57,362 nucleotides of DNA from Gracilinanus agilis (Eukaryota). Position 1 is the first letter of the stretch. Each line of letters starts with the position of its first letter. A program made the position numbers and the translations under genes. Below the pieces are notes generated by a model that made no database searches, had not been told where the DNA came from, and worked only from the letters and a program-made list of their open reading frames with translations. Shown piece after piece: positions 12,067-23,460 of the stretch. Location of the stretch: the NCBI RefSeq assembly GCF_016433145.1, contig NC_058130.1:687753965-687811326 (forward strand), written 5' to 3'.

Positions 12067-12640
12067 TGCAGTTTGGAGATTAAATGGGCATGATGATATC
12101 TCAACAAAGCATTATTTTAATTTTTTGTGGACAGTGTTGTTGTGTGCAGATGCAAAGCATGGAATCCTTGCAAAGGTACAGGGAGAGCCTCACCCAGAAT
12201 TCCAGGGGACCCCCCTGGAGAACTTTGGGGTGAGGGGCAGTTGAGGAGGGTTGAAGACAGTTAATTGGTGGGATTGGATGTGAGGAGATACTCTGCTTGT
12301 TTCTCCTGACTTGGGGTTTCTCCTGAGAAACCATTGTAGCTTAAGCCAGTAGTTTCTACTCATAGGATTAGTCTATTTGTCATTTCTATTCCTCATTAAT
12401 ATAGTTATATAATTATTTAGTAATTAGAGAGTAAGATATTTATCTTACTTAGAGCCAGTTTTAGTTAAGTGCTTCATCTTCTCCAGTGAGGAGGAGGAAG
12501 GGGGCATCAATTTAGCAGTTTAGGGTCACCTTTCATTTATCCTAAACCCTTCCTGGATTTATATAATTTTCCTTGTTAATTCCTAATATAACTTTTTACC
12601 TTCAAAGCTGTGCCTGATAATCATTTGGAAGATACTTACA
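12067..12640 (+). mobile_element. Solo LTR-like element (ERV)
   Basis: GC-richer U3-like segment and a U5-like end (aatataactttttaccttcaaagctgtgcctgataatcatttggaagatacttaCA). The 5' boundary is uncertain. Confidence 0.55.
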
Positions 12641-12807
12641 ATTCAGTCTGAACTTCTTGATTGAATCCTGTTGGCTGTCAGTTTAAGATCTCTTCTGTCC
12701 TCAACAGTTAGATAAATAATTTCTATATATCTCCTCTAACTGATCGGAGAGGAATATAAATTTAAGAAAGGAACATTATTGGGGTTTCAGCCATAAGAGA
12801 AACTTAC

Positions 12808-12839
12808 CAGAAGAATCCTATTCCAGTCTTCATTACCAA
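12808..12839 (-). other. Candidate 32-nt exon
   Basis: Minus strand CTAACtgcttttcttcAG | ttggtaatgaagactggaataggattcttctg | GTAAGT. Confidence 0.2.
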
Positions 12840-13039
12840 CTGAAGAAAAGCAGTTAGAGGGGAAGGGGCTTGAGAACCAAGAGTGTTTTACCCCCTCCTT
12901 TCCTCACCGTAGTCTGACAATCTCTGACTCTTAACTTAAAGCAACTATCTGGTCCTGAACATTTATCTGCTTCTCCAAACTATCTGTTATTATAATCATA
13001 ACATGTTATGTTCAGGTGCTTAGGGAAAAAAAGGAAAGA

Positions 13040-13290
13040 AACATTTTATTAAGTGCCTTCTATGTGCCAGGAACTATACTAAAGGCTTTACAAATATCTC
13101 ATTTAATCCTCACAATAATTCTGGTAGGAAGGTGCTATTTTAATCCCATTCTAAAACTGACAGAACTGAGGCAGAGATTAAATGACTTGCCCAGGGTCAC
13201 ACAGCTAAAAAAGCATCTAAGGCTGGATCTGAATTCATACCTTCCTCACTCCAACTTCAGAATTCTGTCGATTGTGCCACTTAGTTTTCT
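13040..13290 (-). mobile_element. MIR SINE
   Basis: acattttattaagtgccttctatgtgccagg...taaatgacttgcccagggtcacacagcta. Confidence 0.9.
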
Positions 13291-13299
13291 TTATTTGGG

Positions 13300-13860
13300 C
13301 CTCTAAATTTGTCCAGTGATAGTACACTTTACAGACTGAGTTCTATAGGATATTTTGAGACCTTCATTTGTAGGATGGGGATTTGTCATCTGTCTGTCAA
13401 TGAAGGATTGCAAACTTCTGATGTATAAATTCTAGCCACTGAGTCATGTCTTGCCAGGTATTTAGTAGTTGCTAAATTTTTATAGCCCACAGTAATAAAC
13501 TACATAGTTTCATTCCATAATTTATATTGAGAAATGTCTGGACTACAAAAGCATAAAAACATTCTGTTGTTTTTTTGAGGCAATGGTCTGGTCTTAAATC
13601 TCCAACATATTTCCTTCTATTTTCACAAACAAATCAATATGATTTACTCATTTGTACAGTGTTTATTAATACTGTTGACAGAGGCGGAATCTCAGAATCA
13701 TTTTAATTTGTGTTTCTCTAATAAGTAGTGATTTGGTGCATTTTTTCATGGCTGAGTTCATGAAATGGTCACCCATGAATGGCTCTCTAATGCCATTCTT
13801 GGATTACAGCCATTTCAGAGGCTCTATCCAAAGGAAAAATGGAATTTAACTCTAGGTGAC
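13300..13860 (-). mobile_element. R4/Dong-clade non-LTR retrotransposon fossil (Mam_R4-like), post-RT and zinc-knuckle region
   Basis: Minus-strand translation with stops and frameshifts: WH*RAIHG*PFHELSH ... DLFVKIEGNMLEI*DQTIASK ... NETM*FITVGYKNLATTKYLARHDSVARI(I)HQKFA ... DDKSPSYK*RSQNIL*NSVCK. This is colinear with R4 motifs W..K.LHG, DLFPETEGF..AIQDQVI.T, ET..HI.SGC..LA...Y..RH..VA.IIH, and Y.P..VLEN. Confidence 0.75.
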
Positions 13861-14169
13861 ACTGAACATTCTAGTGTCATGAATCTTTGACCTCGTGTTT
13901 CTTATATTGCATGAGTTTTTGTGAAGGTACTTCCTAAATCTTTCATGGTTCCTTTTGTAGTTCTGAAAGTGTACATTCATATTGTTATTATGTAGTCATA
14001 CATTGTTTTAATGTGTTCTCCCTATTTAGCTTTAATTTCAGAATATCACTGTCTCTTAACATATCCCACTTAGTCTTAGTTTTTGTGTGTCTTTCCTGAA
14101 GGGAATCATGGCATGGGGAAGGGAGAGGTATGTTCCAGTCACCTTGCACTATTTTAAAATTTTTTAGTT

Positions 14170-14355
14170 TTAATGTGAGTATTTACAACTCATCAGCAAA
14201 TGCTACAAATCAAAGCTCCATTTATTGTTTTGTTGATTGTCTACTTGAAGTGAAGAAGAAAATGTTAATAATGTAGATTAAACTTAACAATGTGTTTTGT
14301 ATCCTTTTTTTTTCCAGTGGCCTGGCTGTTAGGCATTTATCTGCATTTCCCTGAT
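14170..14355. mobile_element. MER63-like hAT-Blackjack MITE
   Basis: gagtatttacaac...gcaaatgctacaaatca...tttattgttttgttgattgtcta...gaaaatgttaataatgtagattaaactt...ctgttaggcatttatc, matching the recalled MER63 consensus. Confidence 0.8.
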
Positions 14356-15540
14356 TGTAGATATCATCTTTGGCTAGTGGGTCTCAATGTTATTCTAAGT
14401 ATGAAGCTTCTTATGTCATAAACATAAATTTAGGTACATATTTGGGCAGAATGTGTACTGAATAAAAAAAAAACCATGTCTTTGACTTCTGCTTTTGTTT
14501 GTTCTTAATGCTTGTTTTACACCACAGTTTCACAACAAATTTCTGGTCTCAGTTCTTTAGTCCCTTTTAACCTATTTAGCCTTAAAGTAAGTAAATTAAA
14601 AAATAAAAAGTAAAGTAAAAAATATGCATATGTCAGTGTGTGTATGTATATCTATACATATTTAGAGTTTCCCATATAGTAAAATCCAAATTCACAAAAC
14701 AAACAAAATGGTTAGTATTATTTACTTTCAATAGCAAAAGTGTTTCCAAAGAGGTCTTTGAAACTATCAACTCCCTAAAGTGTGTTTCAAAGCATATTTG
14801 ATTTACAAACATTTTAATTTGCCTAGAACTTTTCAGAAATCCATTGATTGTGGAGTGAGGTACAACAGGACATAACCATTTTTAATCTTCCATAACAATG
14901 GCAGCAATTACAGTGGTTTTTTTCCCAAGTGGCCTCCCTTGAGGTAAGCAGTTCTATCCTCCAGCTTGCTTCCCCAGACAACCCCTGATACCTCCAGCTC
15001 TTTCCTCCCACTCTCTCTCCTCCTAATTAAGTAAGATGACCATTTTAGAGCATTTGATATAATGTAAGTTTCTAAAGCAATTTCATTTCTGTCCTACAAA
15101 TACTGAGAAAGTCTGGCTGGAGAGCTAATTTTGTTATCCTTCCTCATCATTAATACAATATCTTCTTGAACTAACTCTTCAGAAGTAACGCTGGGGATGT
15201 ATTGATTTGTTAGTTATTAAAAAACGGCCAATTACTGTGGTATTAGTTTGTCTTGTATTCCTTAACTATAATGTCATTTTCATCTAGCAAAAAATAAAAA
15301 AAGTTCACCCATTTCTATGGGGCATGTTTACTTTATTTAGCTGTGGTCTGTGTGGTGAAGTGCTTAATAATAAATGCAGAGCATAGTTTCCTCCATCTCC
15401 AGATTGAATTTTGTTATGGATGAGACTCAGTATTTTATTTCCCAACTGAGGTTGGTCAATACTGCTTGATACAACCTAAGGCTTTAGCTTGAAGAACAAC
15501 TCGGGACATGATTGGTTTTCTTTCTGGGTCTTTCCTATAG

Positions 15541-15572
15541 AAATATTTGATTGTGAACTGTCAAACTGCCAG
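15541..15572 (+). other. Candidate 32-nt exon
   Basis: ttttctttctgggtctttcctatAG | aaatatttgattgtgaactgtcaaactgccag | GTAAGC, in TE-free sequence. Confidence 0.3.
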
Positions 15573-15909
15573 GTAAGCATTCATTGAAGTCAAGGTCAAT
15601 TCTATGCTAAGCTTTACTTAAAAGCTGCCATATATGAGATGTTTTCAATTCAGCACATATTTCTTAAATTGCTACTTGCATTTATATCAATAATAATAAG
15701 CTCTTTAAGGACCCCAAAGTGTGCTACATGCATTACTTTATTATTATTATTTTTGCACAAAGAACACATCTTTAATCAGGACAAGAGAGATAGTGCTCTT
15801 CTGGCCACCATACAGAGTCACACAAACACCAAACCGAGCTAAGCTTTGAGACTCTGGGAACAATGTCTCTGGGAAAATGAATCATGAATGAGAATTTCTA
15901 TCATGGGAA

Positions 15910-16110
15910 TTTCCCCATACATTACTTTTTTTGGCCTTCACAACAACCTAATAAGGCAGGTAATAGTATGATCCCCATTTTACAGATGATGAAACTTTGA
16001 CTCTGGGAGGCCAAGTGACTTGCCCAGGATGATACAAATAAGTATCCAAGTCAGGATTTGAACTTCTCTCTTCTGATTCCAACTACACAGCTCTCTTTTG
16101 CATCTACTTT
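15910..16110 (-). mobile_element. MIR SINE
   Basis: ggccttcacaacaacctaataaggcagg...ccccattttacagatgatgaaact...aagtgacttgcccagg. Confidence 0.85.
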
Positions 16111-16339
16111 GAAAGTTTTGTGATTCCGCTGATGTGGATTTTCCTTCCATCAACTCATATTACAACCCCATAATGCCCTTAGCAGGTTGTCTTCATGAAA
16201 TAATTGAATATCAAAGAGGCAAAGAGACTTGATCCAGGTGACAATGGCACAGTCACGCTTTAAAGCCAAGTCTTACAAGAATTATTCCCACAATTCTCTG
16301 AAACCACAGGGTCAACTACAGAAAAAAGAATAGTGAAGC

Positions 16340-16800
16340 TGGTGGCAGTCAGTGATCCCTCTTTAAATGGTGAGAAGGAATATGTTTTTTAAGGTCAGAG
16401 GGAGAGAAGGACATTTCAGGTAAGACAAAGGAGTGAAATTCCCCAAATCACAGTCAGAATATGAGCCAACATTTTATTATCAGGTAAGAGCACAGAGGAT
16501 TAGGCAAAGTGGGTGACCTGGAGGGATCCATTTCTCTTCACTGAAGATGGAAAGCATCCCCTTCTGGCCCAAAGCAAGCCAGCAAAGGAAACGGGATAGA
16601 CCCTTCAACCATGAAGAGGGAGACCCATTGAGAAGTGGGATAGCTTAAAGATACAGAAGCAGCCAGCAAATTAAGACAGCTGCAATAGTCTGTGATCATT
16701 CCTCAGTGTAATTCATTAGAAGTTGGGCTATTTAAGGCAATACCAGATCAGATTGTGGTTATCATATTAGCTTCCTTCAAAGCTCAGGAAAGGTATGACA
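16340..16800 (-). mobile_element. Solo LTR-like element
   Basis: Right end aggtatgACA (TGT start on minus), antisense polyA signal ttttatt near 16472, antisense TATA-like ctatttaag near 16729. The left boundary is uncertain. Confidence 0.5.
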
Positions 16801-16999
16801 TCTTGAGCAAATCTTGAGCAAATCTTGCCTATTTCTCATGACTCTCATTAAAATTTTTGGATTTCTCTATTTTATATATACTTATCACAGTATATGTCAG
16901 AACTTCTCAATAGACTGTAAGTTCCTTAAGAGTAGGGACAATTTTATTTTTGCCTTTGTATCTCCACCACCATCTATCAAAGTACCTCTTTTTTTTTTA

Positions 17000-17210
17000 A
17001 ATTGGGGTATTGAAGGAGGACCAGAGATTTGTAAATTAATTGTGTAAGAAATTTCTAGTAAAGAGGCTTCTTCCATTAAGGCAGCTCAAATCTTATCTGA
17101 AACTTATAGTCTTAGAGAATTACCTGATTGTCCATGGTCTGTAGCTAGAATGTGTCAGAGGCAGGACTGAATCATGTTTTCCTGATGTTCAGATCAGCTC
17201 TGTTCATGCC
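17000..17210 (-). mobile_element. CORE-SINE variant (MIR-related)
   Basis: cttatagtcttagagaattacctg...atgtgtcagaggcaggactgaatc. The same family occurs at about 37640-37870, 49590-49800 and 56680-56890. Confidence 0.65.
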
Positions 17211-17277
17211 ATGTCTTTGTACATAGTAGACACTTAATATATGTTTGTTTAATTTGATTGAATTAAATAGCAGTAGA

Positions 17278-17630
17278 TCAATTAATCAATAAATATGCAT
17301 TTATTAAATACCTACTATATACAAAAGAAGAAAAAAGACAGTCCCCAACCTCATAATCTAATTGGAGGAGACAATATGAAAATAAATCTATGCAAAGTGA
17401 GGTGTATATATAAGGTAAGTAGAAAATAAGTAGCAGAGGTGAAACTGCAGAATTTACACATTTTGAGAGCAGTTTCTGCTAAAAGATGGAATATTAACTG
17501 AGACTTAAAGGAAGCCAGGGAAGACAGTAGGTGGTGATGAAGAAGGAGAGAATTCAAAATATGAGGGACAACCAAAAAAAAATACCCACAGCTGAGAGAT
17601 GGAGTATCTTGTTCATGGAATAACAAAGTC
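17278..17630 (-). mobile_element. L2 3' end
   Basis: atcaataaatatgcatttattaaatacctactat...gacttaaaggaagccagggaagac...gagagatggagtatcttgttc. Confidence 0.8.
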
Positions 17631-18271
17631 ACATCTCAATAAATCATAACAGGTTCATGAATCCAAGAGAGCTCTTCTGTTGGCCATTGTTTTGTGACTC
17701 CATCTCTTTTGATTTTTATATATGGATTGATACAACTCCCTAGTTGTTTTTCTATAGGGTTCGGAGCTCAGAGAGCTTTTCCAATGGATTTGTTTTAGAG
17801 AAACTATGGATCCCCTGGTGGGGACCTGTTCTATTTCATCTGTGATTTTATAGGAACATGCTGAGATAGTTAACAGCCTTCTCAGATCACCAAGGGAACT
17901 AGGATATCATGCAAAATTGCCCTGAATCTTCCTAATTTTCATGTGTCACTAAAAACTACCAACACAATATAGTATTTAGAGAAACAAGGGTCAAGAAAAA
18001 AGGTATCTTTGATAGCGAAAGAAGTAAGGCTCGAGATGGAAGAAAAATGGATGTAAACCAAAGACCACACTATGTTCAGTTACTTCAACTCCTGAAAGAG
18101 CCTAGTGTCCTACAATCTAAGCCTCAAAATTAATTGCTGGTCAGAGTTTACAAAAAAAAAGATAATCTACCAAAAGTTAGATCATAAACATTCAGAGAAT
18201 TCAGAGTTATTAACATTTTTGTCTATACTCACACTCCTTTTTGAAAAGCTACATCATTTTTTGAAGGTTTT

Positions 18272-18450
18272 TTTTAACCTTTGCCTTTTATTTTAGGGTC
18301 ATTTCTAAGATGGAAGAGTAGTAAGAGCAAGGCAAATGGAGTTAAGTGACTTGCCCAGAGTTACAAAGCTAGGAAGTATCTGAGGTCAGATCTGAATCTG
18401 GGTCCTTCTAAAAAGTCTTAGCACTCTATCCACTGTGCTTCCTAGATGCC
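18272..18450 (-). mobile_element. SINE1_Mdo-type SINE (older copy)
   Basis: ggagttaagtgacttgcccagagttacaaagctaggaagtatctgaggtcagatctgaatc. Confidence 0.85.
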
Positions 18451-18953
18451 ACAAAGGCACATCTTTTTACTTTAAAGGTGGCTGTTTGCCCCATCTGACA
18501 TGAACCTGGATAAATCCCACCACCTCAAAAATATATCTGCTGTATTCCAGGACCTTCCCCTTATCAGTAAGTGCTATCTTTATTTCTGTTTGCAATGTAT
18601 CTCTAGTGCTTAGCGTGATGCCTGACACCTTTTTAAGTGGTCGATAAATGCATATTACAATGTCCTTCATTGCCTGTTGAGCTGGGAAGGCTACAGCCTA
18701 CCATAGACAGAATAAATAACAGCCAATAGAGATTTCCTGGTAAGAGGACATGAAAAACACTCTCCCACCCCATTCTCAAACATTTCCTCCACTGAACTTC
18801 TCCATACCTAAAATCTCTCCTATTATTTATTTTTTGGGGGTAAGATATTGAAAGCATGTTATCTAGAAGGCTACCCAGGAAACCATAAAGGTCCATTAAC
18901 ATACAGTGTTACCAAAGACTGATTTATCTTTGGAAAACAGAGAGCTTAGTTCT

Positions 18954-19160
18954 TTTTTTTTTCCTAAAAAAACCCTTACCTTCCATCTTAGAATCAATAT
19001 TGTATTGTTTCCAAGGCAGAAGAGCAGTAAGGGCTAAGCAAAGGGGGTTAAGTGACTTGCCCAGGGCCACACAGTGAGGAAGTGTCTGAATCCAAATTTG
19101 AACCCAGGACCTCCCATCTCTGGGCCTAGCTCTCAATCCACTGAACCACTCAACTGTCCC
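18954..19160 (-). mobile_element. SINE1_Mdo-type SINE with TSD
   Basis: Full consensus-like body. 15-bp TSD agagagcttagttct (18939-18953) / agagacctaagttct (19161-19175), 13/15 identical. Confidence 0.95.
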
Positions 19161-19179
19161 AGAGACCTAAGTTCTGAAC

Positions 19180-22100
19180 GGAAAGAACTAAGAACTAACC
19201 AGATGATTGAAGAGGAGAGATCAAGACTGCAGAGTAGGTAGAAACAATGCAGCTCTTCCAAACAGATCTATAAAACGCCCCAGACCATATCCTGATGGGA
19301 AAACCCAGAAAAAGGTACCGTGAGTCTTTTGTTGGGTTTAGGTCATCATAAAGAGATGAGCATAGGGAGCTATAGATACTGAGGAAAGGGTTGGGATGGG
19401 AGTATGAGGTGTGAAGAGCACTAGAGCACTAAAGGAGATTTTATATCCATACTACCACACTCCTGAACCCACATTTGGGCACTGCACTAGAGATAGGTGA
19501 CTTTTGGTGGCTTTGTCACCCACTATCCAGTCACCTGGCACAGATCCAAGGTAGTGTGAGAAGGAGTTCCATGCAGAGCATAGGGAATTCCCAGGAGGTG
19601 GACTAAGAAGGAAGCAGCAGCAACAGTAAGACGAATCAGTCAAAATACAAAGCACAAAGTACAAAGCAGGTTCTCATTTCTAATATTTAGTCCAATCTGC
19701 AGAGGAATAACCAAGGTAGAAAACTCAGACTTAAGGAAAATCTACAAAATTCTACTACTTTGAGCCAATAGAGTTCTCCAATTACCTGATAGGGTAGAGA
19801 TCAGAAGCATTCTATTCTTACATAGACCCAAACATCAGTCAGGAAATTGCAAGACTCAGATCAGAGAAGCAACAATCAGAATTTTCACTGGATCGGACTA
19901 CTAAGGAAGTACTGAAAACTTACAAATCCCTTGCCTGTCCCTGAAATCCTGAAATAAGACAACCCTCAGCATCCTACGCAGCAACAAGACCAATCTAGAA
20001 TTTGTCAACATAAGTGTAGCAGAGCCAAGTCTTAATATCAAGCCTGAAGTCAAGAAATAGGCTAAAAGAGTGGGTAAATAAAAGAACTACTCCATAATAA
20101 GCTATAAACAGTTAAAAGGACACTCAAAAAGAACAAAAGAGATTAAAATGACTCCAAAAAATCTGTAAGCAGTGCCTCTGAGGAAAACATAGCTTGGACC
20201 CACACTTATCTAGAATTCTTGGAAAAGATTCAAGAGCCTTTCTAAAAAAAGAGTCAAAACATTTTAAAATAAATTGAATGAGAGAGCTCAAGGAAAAAAA
20301 TGGAAAAGAAATGAGAGCAAAGGAAGAAAAAATTGGAAAGAGAATCAACAATTTGGCCAAAGAAGTATAAAACCTCTCCCTAGTAGCAAACTCCCTGAAA
20401 ATCTGAATGGACCAATTTGAAGAAATGACTGATTGTGAAACAGTATGAATTCAACATTAAATCAAAGTTAAAAGACTCAGAAATGGAAGTAAATATAAAG
20501 TTTCTCATAGTAAATACATTCTGGGAAACAGATCAAGAGAAAAAAAAACTACCAATTATTGGATTATCTGAAGACCATAGACATTATATTTCAAGAAATC
20601 TTATAAGAAAAAACTGACTAGTTCTCTTCAAACCAGAATTCAAAGTAGAAATAGAAAAATCTATCAATCACTCCTGAAAGAAACTTCCAAAATGAAAAAT
20701 TCCAGTTACATTACAGCTAAATCCAGAGTTTCCTAGTCAAAGAAAAAATTCTCCAAAAAAACAGAAAGAATGTAAATATCTAAATGTCACAGTCCAGATC
20801 ATATACAATTTAGTGATCACTACTCTAATGCATCATAAAACATGGAATGCAGTATTTCAGAAGATAAACAAAATGGCTTTCAGACAACAATAACTTATCC
20901 AGAAAAACTAGGTAAAATTGATCAGGAGGAAAAATGGAATTTTAATGAAATAGAAGCCTTCAAAACATTTCTGATGAAAAGGTCAGAATTGTATGAAAAT
21001 TTAAAGTTAAAATACAGGCGTGAGAAGAAACATAAAAAGTTAAATAGGATTAAACTGGCAAAAAAACTAAACAAGGATAAATCATTCCATTAAAATTTAG
21101 AGATATGACACATGTGTGTCATCAACTTGATTATCATCAGGGTTCTAAAAGGTAGTTCAAATGGGCAATACACAAAAGTCATTGTTTTATGTCTAGATGA
21201 TCTTAAAAAAAGAATCGAAATGAGTGACCACTATTCTCAGCAATTATACAATAATATAAACCAACCCCAAAGGACTCATGATAAAAAATACCATCTGCTA
21301 CCAGAGAAGGATCTAATGGAGTCTGAATCTAGACCAAAGCAAACTTTTTTCACTTTCTTTCTTAAATTTTTTGTTCAAGTTTTCTTCCACAAAAGGATTA
21401 ATATGGAAAAATATTTTCATGATTGTACATGTAAAATCTCTGAGATTGCTTACCATTTAGGAGGACAGAGAAGGGAGAGAGAGCATTCACGCCTCAAAAT
21501 TCTTTTCAAAATGTTGGAAACTTTCTACATGTTATTGGGGGAAATTAAATTTTAAAAAGGAAAAGAATGAAAAGATAGTAGTTAGGGAATACACAAGGGT
21601 TTAGGGAAAAAGAAGGATTAAAGAAGATAAGGGAAAAACATCTCAGATAATCAGAGTGCAAAAGTAGATATCTATACAAATGAGGAAGAGGAGGTTGATT
21701 GAGAGTGGCTCACACTTGAACCTTACTCTCATCTGAATATCCCAAAAGAAGGAAGAATACAGCTATAGGAAAAGAACTAGGTACCCAAATCCATTTTGCT
21801 CAATGGAAAAACAGGAAAGAAAGGGGAAAAGGAGTGAGAGGGGATCTAGAAATCTGGATTAAGGGAGAGGTTAGTCCTAAGTAAAACAAACTTTAAGGAC
21901 ATTCAAAAATACAATTCTTTTTAAGGTGGAAATGAATGGACATCTGAAGAAGTGCCCACAAATTTGAGAATAGATGAATAAATATGGGTTATAAATATGA
22001 TGGAATACTACTGTGTTGAATTTTTACCATCTTAATGACTAGCCAGGACTCCAGAGCACTAATGAGGAAATCATATACTACTTACCTCCTGACAGAAAAG

Positions 22101-22300
22101 TGAAGGACTTACAATGCAGAATGAGACAGGTGTTCATTATTTAAAATCATGAACAATGTGGACCTATGTTTGATTAACTATTTTGTTTGTAATAGGTTTC
22201 ATTTTTCTTGTGTTCTCATTTGGAAAGGATGTGATTTGAATGGGAGGAGTGGGAAGGTCAATCTTAACTGATTAAAACAACTAAAATATTTTTTTAAAAA
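19180..22300 (+). mobile_element. HAL1-type (ORF1-only) L1 derivative, degraded
   Basis: ORF1 remnants at about 20050-21020: TDQEKKKLPIIGLSED (cf. SRRDNLRIIGLPE) and TITYPEKL...KWNFNEIEAFKTFLMKRSEL. A spacer follows, then only the extreme ORF2 C-terminus (aagtgcccacaaatttgagaatag...tatgatggaatactactgtg, about 21940-22015) and a 3' UTR. No EN or RT seen. The 5' boundary is uncertain. Confidence 0.7.
21215..21555 (+). mobile_element. Separate L1 3' UTR fragment nested in the HAL1 spacer
   Basis: actattctcagcaat...ccaaaggactcatgataaaaaatac...ctaatggagtctgaatctagaccaaagca...aaaatgttggaaac, a typical marsupial L1 3' end. Confidence 0.75.
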
Positions 22301-23289
22301 GTTCAGATGAGGGAAAAGACCCGTGATGGCAAGGGGGAGTCACCTAGACACAAGACGTTCATGGAGAAGCCTGGGTCAGGACTTTCGGTCAGAGGACTGT
22401 GGGTACAAAACTTATTTTGAATGGAGATGTGTGGGGCACCAAGTACCTTGAAGAGGTAGAGATTTTGCACAAAGGAGGAAGCAGAAATAAAATGCTCCCA
22501 AATCTAAGCTTAAGTTTATGCCTTTCCTATGGCACTTGCCACCTACTGCTGTGACTATTTACTATTCTGAACCCCTTTTCTTTTGGGGTTCAGAACCCTC
22601 TTTCTGATTGAGTTAAGAACAAAGCCTGAGGCTTATCTGTATAACAGGGGCTCATGGGAACTTTGGGAGGATGCCAGAAGCCTCCTAGCCCCCTGGCACC
22701 AGGAAGATACTAGTGTCTCATTCCACGTGAATTCTGACCTCCAGAAGATCTGGAATGAGGTCATCTGGCCAATTGGAGAGACCCAGGAAAGTGTCATCTT
22801 TGAATATATCCATCTCCATAGCCACTTTTGTGGATTTCTCCAGTAAAGTAGGATCTGGTCCATTCTGATGTTTTTGATGAAGACAGACAGCCGGAAGAAA
22901 ACTGCTCTAGACATATTTTTGGACCTCTTCCTCCTTTGGCTTTAGGGATGTTGGGGAGCAGGAAGGTTGGTGAGCTGAATATATCTCCAGTTTGACTACA
23001 GAGGAAGACATTGATTGGATGGCTTGCTGCCTATCTGAGGAACTCTGGCCTACCTCCATGGCACACACAGAAGGTAATGCGTCATTACCTGCACTAATGA
23101 TTCTCTGAGCTTGCTTCCAGTCAAATAGCTTGTAAACAAGCCCTGATTTATGGCCCAGCACTAACAGCAGCAGCGAGGAAAGTCAGGATATGTACAGAAA
23201 GAGGCAGCTAGATTTATTAAGCCCAGGATAGTATGCATGCTTCTGGATGCTTACAACTAATAAATTGCCTGATTAATAATCCCTTACAT

Positions 23290-23460
23290 GCCTTTTTAGC
23301 TTCCTACATCCATTATCTCATTTGATCCTCATGGAAAACGCTGTGAAGTACAGCAGTCAGGGTGGGCATGATTATCCCCATTTTATAGATGAGAAACTAA
23401 AGGCCAAAAAAGATTAAGGACCTTTCCTAGCTTCCCACAACCTGCCTATAGCAGAAGCAA
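23290..23460 (-). mobile_element. MIR SINE
   Basis: ctcatttgatcctcatgg...attatccccattttatagatgagaaactaaagg. Confidence 0.8.

Noticed and set aside
16801-16827. tcttgagcaaa x2.5 tandem next to an LTR end
   Set aside because: Short slippage duplication; not a CRISPR-like array and not a TSD I can pair.
17942-18133. 63-codon stop-free frame (…VFRETRVKKKGIFDSERSK…)
   Set aside because: No start or splice context and no recognisable homology; expected by chance.
21112-21555. 147-aa ORF, the longest in the track
   Set aside because: Spans the HAL1 spacer and an L1 3' UTR fragment; no protein family recognised.
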